Part shown: piece after piece, positions 16,181 to 24,289 of the stretch
How the letters are laid out: every line of letters begins with the position of its first letter
Numbering within the stretch: the stretch's first letter is position 1
DNA from: Trueperaceae bacterium
GTDB lineage: Bacteria; Deinococcota; Deinococci; Deinococcales; Trueperaceae
Assembly (NCBI GenBank): GCA_040905465.1
Contig: JBBDRK010000076.1
Location: 1,578 to 25,866, forward strand
Reading direction: 5' to 3'
Length of the DNA: 24,289 nucleotides
Translations under genes and position numbers: made by a program
The notes under the pieces: generated by a model
Told to the model about the DNA's origin: nothing
Seen by the model: the letters and a program-made list of their open reading frames with translations, nothing else
Databases searched by the model: none

Positions 16181-18514
16181 TCACTCGAGAAACTCGGCCA
16201 CGTCGCGCGGATCGACATCGAGACGGATCTTCACCGAACCGGTCGATTGGGCCACTCCGTCGAGCAGTTCGCGAAAGCGTTCCTCGTCATCGCCGCGCAG
16301 GTATGCCAGAAACGAGTAGAGGCCGCGCATTCGCGTCACCGGGGCCGCCACCGGACCCATCACGTCGTCGGCGTCCGCGCCACGGGCCGTCAACCGGCCA
16401 GCCAGCTTGACGGCCTCGCTTTCGGCGGCGGCGCGGTCCCGTGAGGTCACCTGCAGTTTGGCAAGCTGGCCGAAGGGTGGATAGCGGAACTTGCGGCGGC
16501 GGTCCATCATTCGCTCCTGGTAGCTGGCCAATGCAGCTTCCGGATCGAGGTCGGAGAGCGCTACCAAGGCGTCGTGTTCGGGTTGGAACGTCTGCACCAG
16601 CACGAGCGGGCGGGCTCCGGGTGCGAGTTCGGGAAGCTGAAGCAACAGTCGCAGGCTCTCTTCGGCGACCCTGAAGTCGCTGACGTTCAGGTGCGTATCG
16701 AGGAGGGTGATGGCGATCAACGAAACCCGCGGCAAAGGCGGTACCCGGAATACCGCGCTCGTAGCTACCAGGACGCCGGGGGCGCCGTCTCGTAACCGGG
16801 TAAGGTCGTCCCGGTGATCCTTGTCGAGGCGGGCGACCTCCAACTCGGGCAGCAGGCGTTGGACGGCGCCCGCAACCCATTCCGTTCCGGCCGCACGGCC
16901 GGGAGCGAACGAGGAACCGCCACAGCCGGGACACTCCTGCGGCGGCGTCGCCTCGTGACCGCACTGATGGCAGCGCAGCCTGTCGCGCGAGCGGTGGTAG
17001 CGCAGAGCGAGATCGCAGTTCGGGCACATGACGATGTGTCCGCACTCCTGGCATGCCAGAGCGGCCGAGAACCCGCGCCGCGGAGCCAGCAAGACCGCCT
17101 GGCGGCCACGCTCCTGTACCTGACGCAGCACCAATGAGAGATCGCTGCCGAGCGGCCAGCCGCTGGATCGCCCCAGATCGCTGACGAACAGCCGCTGTCT
17201 GGCATTGGTCAGGCGCAACTCGGCCGCCGCCGAGGGACTGTCCCCGAAGGGGAGCCGCCCGGCAGCACCGTCGAATCTCGGCGCGCTGGTCAGCGCCGGG
17301 TCGGCGGTCTCCGGAGCGGCCCACACGAGCATCTCCGGACTGGCGAGGACGTCGGTCAGGACCAGCGGGACATTCTGGCGCCGGGCGAGCCGCCGGGCCG
17401 CCGCGGGCACGAACAGCCGCGGTCCGGCCGGGAGCTTGTACGAGCCGCTTCCCGCTTCGGTGACAACGAGCAGCCCAGGCTGGCGCAGCGGCGCGAAAAG
17501 AGCCGGGTAGGTGCCTACCAGAACTATCGGCCTGCCCGATGCCGCCTCGTCCCAGACACGACTGCGCTGGTCGTCGCTGGAATCCCCCGAGAGAGTCAGT
17601 ACCGGCAAGGCGCCGGCCAGGAGGGACGCCGCCTCGGCTTGCAGTGACGCCTCGGGAGCAAGAACCAGGGCGCTCCGGCCCTCCTCGATCACGCGCCGGA
17701 GCGCCGGCAGCACCGCACCCAGGCGGTCGCGGCGCAGGCCGCCGGTCACCAGGGCGACGGCGGCTTCCGGCAGCTCCCCGGCGCGCGCCTGCAGCGGCTC
17801 CGCAGCCGGCTGCGCAGCTGTCAGTGCCACGGGCGGCGCAGGGAGGTCGCGATATGCCGCATAACCCTTGCGCACCAGGGCGCGAACGGAGCTTTCGGGA
17901 ACGCCGGTGTCGCGAGCCAGCTCGGCCGCGCTTGCGGCGCTCCCCTGCTGTTCCAGCCGCTCCAGTGCCAACGACTGATTGGCCCGGGCCCGGCCCTCGA
18001 GACCGGAGTCGGCCGGTTTCTCCGGCACCAGCCGACTGACCGTACGCTCCAGTGGCCGCACCCGTTCGCGCACCATCCCCTGCCGGCGGTAAAGTTCGAG
18101 CTCGGCCGCACCGAAGCTGCTCCCGGCCAACCACTCTCCTCCCGGCAGCGCGAGACTCTCCGCTCCCTCCACTGCGCTCACCTCGTGGCTCAACTCCTGG
18201 CGAAAGCCGGTCGGGACCAGCGTCGCGAGCACGACGCCCGCAGGCGCGCCGCTGGCCTGCGCCAGCTCGACGAGCAGCTCGGCGGCACCCGGCGACAGGA
18301 ACGGCTCGCGGTCGAGCCATGAGATGATCTCCCGATATTCGGTCGCCCGGCCGGCCGGCAGCTCCTGTGAGCCCACCACCAAGCCCACTCTCACGCCGCC
18401 TTGCCACGGTGCGGCGACGCGCGCCCCCGTCGGGCCCGGCTCCTGATCGAACGGAACGATGAATCGAAACGGCGGCAGCGGCAACGGGAAGAGGACATCC
18501 ACCGCTAACGGCAC
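16181..18514 (-). CDS. priA: Primosomal protein N' (PriA), ATPase motifs degenerate
   Basis: Four CxxC pairs (CQEC, CPNC, CHQC, CPGC), RRGF, GTE, VQTFQPEH, YPPF, GPVAAP, LDVDP. Start set at GTG 18514, 5 nt after TACAAT. Confidence 0.92.
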   Translation of the reverse strand: MPLAVDVLFPLPLPPFRFIVPFDQEPGPTGARVAAPWQGGVRVGLVVGSQELPAGRATEYREIISWLDREPFLSPGAAELLVELAQASGAPAGVVLATLVPTGFRQELSHEVSAVEGAESLALPGGEWLAGSSFGAAELELYRRQGMVRERVRPLERTVSRLVPEKPADSGLEGRARANQSLALERLEQQGSAASAAELARDTGVPESSVRALVRKGYAAYRDLPAPPVALTAAQPAAEPLQARAGELPEAAVALVTGGLRRDRLGAVLPALRRVIEEGRSALVLAPEASLQAEAASLLAGALPVLTLSGDSSDDQRSRVWDEAASGRPIVLVGTYPALFAPLRQPGLLVVTEAGSGSYKLPAGPRLFVPAAARRLARRQNVPLVLTDVLASPEMLVWAAPETADPALTSAPRFDGAAGRLPFGDSPSAAAELRLTNARQRLFVSDLGRSSGWPLGSDLSLVLRQVQERGRQAVLLAPRRGFSAALACQECGHIVMCPNCDLALRYHRSRDRLRCHQCGHEATPPQECPGCGGSSFAPGRAAGTEWVAGAVQRLLPELEVARLDKDHRDDLTRLRDGAPGVLVATSAVFRVPPLPRVSLIAITLLDTHLNVSDFRVAEESLRLLLQLPELAPGARPLVLVQTFQPEHDALVALSDLDPEAALASYQERMMDRRRKFRYPPFGQLAKLQVTSRDRAAAESEAVKLAGRLTARGADADDVMGPVAAPVTRMRGLYSFLAYLRGDDEERFRELLDGVAQSTGSVKIRLDVDPRDVAEFLE

Positions 18515-18605
18515 GCCCGATTGTAACGCTCGGGCCGCTGGCATCACGCGCGCGGCGGCGTCCCGGCCGGGACCGCTGGCCGGTCGCGAACGGTAGAATT
18601 CCGGA

Positions 18606-19601
18606 ATGGACGACGCTTCCGCCTACCGAGACGCCGGCGTGGACCTCGCGGCCGCCGATGACGCTCTGGCCGGGATCCGCGAAGCAGTGGCCTCGACGTA
18701 CGACGAGCGAGTGCTGGCCGGCCTGGGTTCGTTCGGCGGGCTGTTCGCCCTGACCGACCTTCCGCGGCAACCGGTGCTGGTCGCGTCGACCGACGGCGTG
18801 GGCACCAAGACCCGGGTGGCGACCGCCGTCGATCGCCTCGACGGTCTGGGGGAAGACCTGGTCAACCACTGCCTGAACGACATCCTGGTGCAAGGCGCGC
18901 GGCCGCTCTTCTTCCTCGACTACGTCGCCTCGTCACGGTTGCAGCCGCAACAGGTCGCAGCGGTGGTGAGCGGTGCCGCACGGGCCTGCCGCCAGGCGGG
19001 CATGCCGCTGCTCGGCGGCGAGACGGCTGAGATGCCGGGGGTCTACGCCGAAGGCGAACTCGACCTCGTCGGTACGATCGTGGGGATTGTCGGGCGCGGC
19101 GACGTGGTCGACGGCAGCAGGGTGCGACCGGGCGACCGGATCCTGGCCCTGGCCGCGTCCGGCCTCCACACCAACGGCTTCAGCCTGGCGCGCAAGATAC
19201 TCGCCGACCGTTACCACGACGAATTCGAGAACGGCACCGTCGCCGACGCGCTCCTTGCACCACACCGCTCCTACCTCGCCGCGGTCGAGCCGCTGCTCGG
19301 GCTCGTACGGGGGATGGTCCACGTAACCGGCGGAGGGATCCCGGGCAACCTGCCGCGCGTGCTGCCGCAGGGCAGCGGCGCCCGTATCGAGCTCGGCAGC
19401 TGGCCGGTTCCGGCGATTTTCGAGCTGATCGCCCAGACGGGCGAGGTGGCTCGCTCCGAGATGCACCGAGTGTTCAACATGGGCGCCGGCTACCTGTTGA
19501 TAGTGGCTCCCGAGCACGTCGAAGAGGTACGAGAACTGTGCCCCGAGCCGGTGTGGCTCGTGGGCACAGTCGAGGAAGGGCAGGGTGTCGCCCTCGTTTG
19601 A
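18606..19601 (+). CDS. purM: Phosphoribosylformylglycinamidine cyclo-ligase (AIR synthetase)
   Basis: YRDAGVD, STDGVGTK, NDILVQGARPLFFLDY, GGETAEMPG, SGLHTNGFSL, HVTGGG, FNMGAG. Confidence 0.97.
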   Translation: MDDASAYRDAGVDLAAADDALAGIREAVASTYDERVLAGLGSFGGLFALTDLPRQPVLVASTDGVGTKTRVATAVDRLDGLGEDLVNHCLNDILVQGARPLFFLDYVASSRLQPQQVAAVVSGAARACRQAGMPLLGGETAEMPGVYAEGELDLVGTIVGIVGRGDVVDGSRVRPGDRILALAASGLHTNGFSLARKILADRYHDEFENGTVADALLAPHRSYLAAVEPLLGLVRGMVHVTGGGIPGNLPRVLPQGSGARIELGSWPVPAIFELIAQTGEVARSEMHRVFNMGAGYLLIVAPEHVEEVRELCPEPVWLVGTVEEGQGVALV

Positions 19602-19628
19602 CAGGCCGCTGAGGACCCGGGTTTTCGT

Positions 19629-20567
19629 CTAGCGTTCGCGCTCGGTGAGCGAGCGCAGGTCGAGCAGGAAGTTGCTGTCCGAGGGCAGCAGGATCGTCTG
19701 CAGCGTGGGCGCCAACCTCTGCGCCACCTCGAGCTGGATGATCTCGGGGTTCTCGCGCAGGGCGTCGCCGCGCAATCTCAGCGCTTCGGCTTCTCCCTCG
19801 GCTTGCGCCACGGCGGCGTCGCGCTCGCCCGTGGCCTCGATCACCCGGCGTTGCGCGGCGATCTCCGACTGGAGTCGGCGGTTCTCCTCCACCGCCACTT
19901 GCTGCTCGGCGGCCTGCTTCTCCTCGATCGCCGTGGTTATCGACGCCGGTATGCTGACCTCGCGCAACAATACGCTCAGCACCCTGACGTTGTCGTCCAC
20001 CAGCGCCTCGACGAGATTCTCCTCGATCAGCCGCTGCAGGTCGTCCCGTTCCGACGAGATCAGGTTGGCGGCATCGAATTCGCTGATTCCGTCTCGAATC
20101 TGACTCCTGACCTCGGGTCTCACCCGAATTTCTTCGTACGACGTGCCGATGTCCTGGTGGAGCCTGGCCGTTTCGCTGCCGACGATCTGGTAGAGCACGG
20201 TCACGTCCACGACTATCTCGAGACCTTCGGACGAACGAGCCGTGATCTGATCTCCGCGCGCTCGGGCCAAGGTGAGCTCCTGTTGGCGGATGTCGTAGAG
20301 CGTCACCTGCTGCAGCACCGGAACAACGAGGTGGAGACCTTCGCCCACCTCGTCTTGCTGTACGCCGCCGACGACGTTGAAAACCACTCCCACGTGCCCC
20401 GCGGGAACGATGACGATCGAGCTGGCCAGGAAGGCCACCACTACACCGACGACCATCAAGACGGAGCCGAGTGAACGCTGGCGCGGCAACTGTCCCTGCA
20501 CGCCCTGCACCAGGACGATCAGTCCCAGCAGCACGACGGCGAGTCCGGCGAATAAAAAGATGTTCAC
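19629..20567 (-). CDS. SPFH/prohibitin (band 7) family membrane protein
   Basis: Two N-terminal TMs, VPAGHVGVVF, EGLHLVVP, AIEEKQAAEQ coiled coil, AEGEAEA. GGAGG SD 6 nt before GTG. Confidence 0.92.
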   Translation of the reverse strand: MNIFLFAGLAVVLLGLIVLVQGVQGQLPRQRSLGSVLMVVGVVVAFLASSIVIVPAGHVGVVFNVVGGVQQDEVGEGLHLVVPVLQQVTLYDIRQQELTLARARGDQITARSSEGLEIVVDVTVLYQIVGSETARLHQDIGTSYEEIRVRPEVRSQIRDGISEFDAANLISSERDDLQRLIEENLVEALVDDNVRVLSVLLREVSIPASITTAIEEKQAAEQQVAVEENRRLQSEIAAQRRVIEATGERDAAVAQAEGEAEALRLRGDALRENPEIIQLEVAQRLAPTLQTILLPSDSNFLLDLRSLTERER

Positions 20568-20697
20568 GAAATACCTCCGAACCCCCCGGCGTTACCGAGT
20601 GTAACCGGAGCGAAGCGGCAATTCGCAAGCGGTTACGGCGGTCGGTCCGGCTGGACGCCGGCGGCCGACTGTGGCCGACGGGGCAGGAATCGCCGCG

Positions 20698-20821
20698 GGG
20701 ACGCGTCGGGCGTCCATTACTGCCGGGACGCGTTGGGCGACCGTTACTGCCACGATGCCTTGGGGGTCCGTTTCTGCCGCGGCGCCTCGGGCGTCCGTTA
20801 CTGTCGCGACGCCTTGGGCGT
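20698..20821. repeat. Degenerate 27-bp tandem repeat, about 4.6 copies
   Basis: Units GGGACGCGTCGGGCGTCCATTACTGCC / GGGACGCGTTGGGCGACCGTTACTGCC / ACGATGCCTTGGGGGTCCGTTTCTGCC / GCGGCGCCTCGGGCGTCCGTTACTGTC / GCGACGCCTTGGGCGT. No spacers. Confidence 0.85.
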
Positions 20822-22273
20822 GGCGCGCTGATCCGCAGGCGGGTGCCGCGAGGCTCCACCCGAGTCGGACTCGCGGGTGTCGAGGGCGGGCAGGCACACC
20901 GTGAAGACGCTGCCCTCGCCCAGTCGCGATTCGACGTCGACGGTTCCGGAGTGCTGCTGCACGATCCATTTGACGATGGCAAGACCGAGGCCGCTGCCGT
21001 TGCCCCGGCTCGAACGGGCGCCATCGACCCGGTAGAAGCGGTCGAACAGGTGGGGAATGGCGTTCTCCGGAATGCCAGGTCCGTTGTCCAGTATTTCCAT
21101 GCGGATCGTGTCTTTCTCGCGCAACAGCGAGATGGTGATCCGGGTCGCGCCGGCATTGAGGGCGTTCTGCACGAGATTGAGCACCACCTGCTTGAGGCGC
21201 GCCGCATCGCCCGAAACCTGCAGCAGCGGCTGCGGGCTGGTGATGACGATCTCGGCGTTGCCTGCTACCGGTGCTATTTCCATGTGCACGGCCTCCACCA
21301 CGTCGAGGAGGTTCATCGGTTCCGGCTCGATCGAGAATCCGGCGTCGGCGCGGGCGAGCTCGAGCAGGTCGTTCACCAGCTTCGCCATTCGCTCTGCTTC
21401 ACGGCGGATCACGGTGAGCGAGTCCATCTGTTCGGGCGTGGGGCTCGAGCGCCGCAGCAGGTAGTTGGTATGTCCCACTATCGCCGTAACAGGCGTTCGC
21501 AGCTCGTGCGAGGCGTCGGCCGTGAATCGCCGCTGGGTCTCGAACGACTCCTGGAGCCGGTCGAGCATGCGGTTGAGCGTGAGCGCCAGTTCGCGGATCT
21601 CGTCGTTGCTCGGCGGCACCGGTACCCGATGCGAAAGCTCACGGCCGGTCACCCGGGCTGCAGCGTGCGTGACCCTCTGCAGCGGACCCAACACCTGCCG
21701 GGAGAGCAGCCAGACGCCGATGGCGAACGCGATGAACGCAAGCACCACTGTTACGCCCAGGTCGGAGCTGAGTTTGTTGAGAATTATGTTCACCTCGCTC
21801 GCCGGCACGCCGACGAGCATCAGTGCCGGCCAGCTTCGTTCCGGCGCCGCCGAGGCGATCGTCCCGATCCTGCCCGCCAGCAGGATGTTCTCGCCCGTTT
21901 CGAAGCGGGCGCGCGTAAGAACCCTGCCGGTTTCGACCAGCTCCTGCAGGTGGGAGTCGTTGAGCAGCTGGCTCATCCGTCTGCGGGGCGTGGGGTACGG
22001 GATGCCGACGCGCAGATCGTCGATGCCACGCACGCCGCCGTCGTCGTCGCTCCTGATCAGCAGGATGTGATAGTAGATGTCACCTGACAGCTTTTCGAGG
22101 CCGCGTTCGATGTACCGCTCCTGCGACATGTCGGAGAGGGCCTGGCGTGCCCGTTCTTCGATCGCCGCGTTGAGCGAACGCTCGGTGAGCGCATACACCG
22201 ACAGCGCCACAGCCGACAGGATCACGGCGATGAACGCGCTGAAGAACAGCGTCAGGCGGAGTCTCAACGACAT
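20798..22273 (-). CDS. Membrane sensor histidine kinase (TM-sensor-TM-HAMP-HisKA-HATPase)
   Basis: FTADASHELRTP H-box, NLVQNA, DNGPGI, FDRFYR, GSGLGLAI. Confidence 0.96.
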   Translation of the reverse strand: MSLRLRLTLFFSAFIAVILSAVALSVYALTERSLNAAIEERARQALSDMSQERYIERGLEKLSGDIYYHILLIRSDDDGGVRGIDDLRVGIPYPTPRRRMSQLLNDSHLQELVETGRVLTRARFETGENILLAGRIGTIASAAPERSWPALMLVGVPASEVNIILNKLSSDLGVTVVLAFIAFAIGVWLLSRQVLGPLQRVTHAAARVTGRELSHRVPVPPSNDEIRELALTLNRMLDRLQESFETQRRFTADASHELRTPVTAIVGHTNYLLRRSSPTPEQMDSLTVIRREAERMAKLVNDLLELARADAGFSIEPEPMNLLDVVEAVHMEIAPVAGNAEIVITSPQPLLQVSGDAARLKQVVLNLVQNALNAGATRITISLLREKDTIRMEILDNGPGIPENAIPHLFDRFYRVDGARSSRGNGSGLGLAIVKWIVQQHSGTVDVESRLGEGSVFTVCLPALDTRESDSGGASRHPPADQRATPKASRQ

Positions 22274-22279
22274 GGTCTG

Positions 22280-22957
<678 letters not shown>

Positions 22958-22963
22958 GGTTCG

Positions 22964-23001
22964 ATTATGAGGGAAGGAAAGATGAGAGGTTTGATGAGAG
23001 G
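22964..23001 (-). promoter_or_regulatory. Leaderless -10 box plus direct repeat (candidate response-regulator box)
   Basis: CCTCTCATC-AAA-CCTCTCATC overlaps the expected -35 position of the CATAAT -10. Confidence 0.5.
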
Positions 23002-23039
23002 CGGGCAATGTCTTGGCCTCGTTTCTCAGGACAGGCTCA

Positions 23040-23522
23040 TCAGCGCTGTTCGATCGGGATCGTCGGTTGCACGACGATATCCCGTTCCAGTACTCGTTCG
23101 GCCCACGCCTTGGCTCCCGGCAGTGAGTGATCTCGATAGTTGCCGCACTCGAGCTCGCTGCAGCCCGGTATCGGACCCTCGTGGCTGGCGACGCTCGCGA
23201 GCGCTTGGCGAAAGGCGGCACGGGCCTCCTCCTCGCTGACGTCGCCCAGGACCGTGAGGTAGAAGCCGGTGCGGCAACCCATTGGGGACGCGTCCACTAC
23301 CCGGCTGCCGAGCTCGTTGCGCAGGAAGCCGGCGAAGAGGTGCTCGATGGTGTGCAGGGCGGCAGTGGGAATCTCAGCCTGGTTGGGCTGCACCAGGCGC
23401 ATGTCGAACTTGCGAACCACGTCGCCGTGCAGTCCCTGGTAGTTGGCCGCGAGCCTCACATAAGGCGCCCGGACTCGCGTGTGGTCCAGGTCGAACGACT
23501 CGGAGCGGGGTTTCTGGCCCAT
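23040..23522 (-). CDS. luxS: S-ribosylhomocysteine lyase (AI-2 synthase)
   Basis: [37 protein letters not shown]. Confidence 0.97.
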   Translation of the reverse strand: MGQKPRSESFDLDHTRVRAPYVRLAANYQGLHGDVVRKFDMRLVQPNQAEIPTAALHTIEHLFAGFLRNELGSRVVDASPMGCRTGFYLTVLGDVSEEEARAAFRQALASVASHEGPIPGCSELECGNYRDHSLPGAKAWAERVLERDIVVQPTIPIEQR

Positions 23523-23602
23523 GTCCGAGTATACCCGCCGTCGTGGCCGAACCGAGAAGTTTCCGACTGTCCGATTGCGTGCGTCCCACCTAGACTGGGC
23601 GC

Positions 23603-24013
23603 ATGGGAATCTTTCGGGTCGTCGTCCTATTCGGTACCGCCGTTCTCCTGACGTCGTGCGCTGTAACGGTGCAACCGCGGGTAGGTTTCGAAGCTCACGC
23701 CGTCGGCGTCTCCGACGGCCGGCACGTCAACGAGCGCTTGGGCCTGGTCGGCTACCCCGGCTCCACGGTAATCAGGCAGGAACAGGACCGGTCGTCATCG
23801 AAGACTACGTTCGAGTCCCGTGCCTCGCTCGACGCAGTGTACGCGCACTTCCACGGACAGCTCGGCAACCAGGGCTGGCGGCGCTTCGAGCTCGACAGCA
23901 AGCCGAACCACGTGAATGCCGAGTACCGGCGCAGCGGCGAGGAGCTCGAGTTCGAGCTCAAACGCGAGGGGCAGAGCGGCCGCTACCGACTGGAACTCGA
24001 GCTCGACGACTGA
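23603..24013 (+). CDS. Hypothetical lipoprotein
   Basis: Lipobox LTSC, GC3-rich codons, TAGACT 6 nt before ATG. Confidence 0.8.
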   Translation: MGIFRVVVLFGTAVLLTSCAVTVQPRVGFEAHAVGVSDGRHVNERLGLVGYPGSTVIRQEQDRSSSKTTFESRASLDAVYAHFHGQLGNQGWRRFELDSKPNHVNAEYRRSGEELEFELKREGQSGRYRLELELDD

Positions 24014-24215
24014 CGCCGGCGCCCGGACCGGTTACTCACACGACACGGGGCGGGGTGCGCACGCGGCCCAGTCCATGCGACCCGGTCAACGCGGCACGGT
24101 TAAGACCGCGACCAGGTGGCTGGCACTGGCCCCTGCGGGAATCGCTCTCACGGCGGTTCCGCCTGGCACGGCGTCTCGAAGCGGATGTCCCTCACTGATC
24201 CTCCTCGGCAACAAC

Positions 24216-24289
24216 CTACAACGTAGGCGCGTCTCCCGCCCGGCCGGTGCGGCGATCTTCCAGGCGGCGCACCGCGGGGTCGTCGCCCA
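24216..24289 (-). CDS. 3' end of an unidentified gene entering from beyond the window
   Basis: ...GDDPAVRRLEDRRTGRAGDAPTL* with GC3-rich codons, TAG at 24218-24216. Confidence 0.45.
   Translation of the reverse strand, partial: GDDPAVRRLEDRRTGRAGDAPTL

Noticed and set aside
16287-18893. 868-aa minus-strand ORF overlapping priA/purM
   Set aside because: Alternative-frame, Arg/Gly/Ala-rich artefact; the priA frame carries the conserved motifs.
20698-20821. CRISPR array interpretation of the 27-bp repeats
   Set aside because: Units are contiguous and degenerate with no unique spacers, and no cas genes are present.
19474-22087. Long ORFs 19474-21207 (-) and 20471-22087 (+) containing a 9-aa repeat
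   Set aside because: They overlap the SPFH and kinase genes out of frame or antisense; the peptide repeat only reflects the 27-bp DNA array.
24014-24215. SAH or cobalamin riboswitch, tmRNA or 6S RNA assignment
   Set aside because: Only short partial matches (GCCGAGGAG...GCCAGGC; GCACTG...GGGAA). The required conserved segments are absent, and the region is not directly upstream of a matching gene.

Overview
GC-rich bacterial chromosomal segment, most consistent with Deinococcota (Truepera/Deinococcus-like). This rests on a Thermus-like AspRS, a PriA with degenerate ATPase motifs, and many genes with a -10 box directly before the start codon. It has three zones. (1) 1-1050 is a patchwork of decayed genes (HAD hydrolase with an internal deletion/frameshift, tail of a PIN/VapC toxin) around a HIT gene. 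(2) ~1050-7820 is a visibly lower-GC accessory module. A HutC/DasR-type GntR regulator lies convergent with an operon encoding a sugar-type ABC transporter (SBP + 2 permeases), an AAC(3)-family acetyltransferase and a cytoplasmic gamma-glutamyltransferase-like Ntn hydrolase. A near-identical 18-bp operator-like motif lies in both promoters, and the regulator appears to start at a non-canonical ACG. This module is the best candidate for an undescribed system. (3) 7950-24289 is housekeeping: lipoprotein, hisS-aspS-Cof HAD-asnS, priA-smpB-amidase-GerMN, purM, SPFH protein, an OmpR-family two-component pair, luxS and a second lipoprotein. No rRNA, tRNA, CRISPR array or transposase was seen. All family assignments come from motif recognition by eye, not from database searches.
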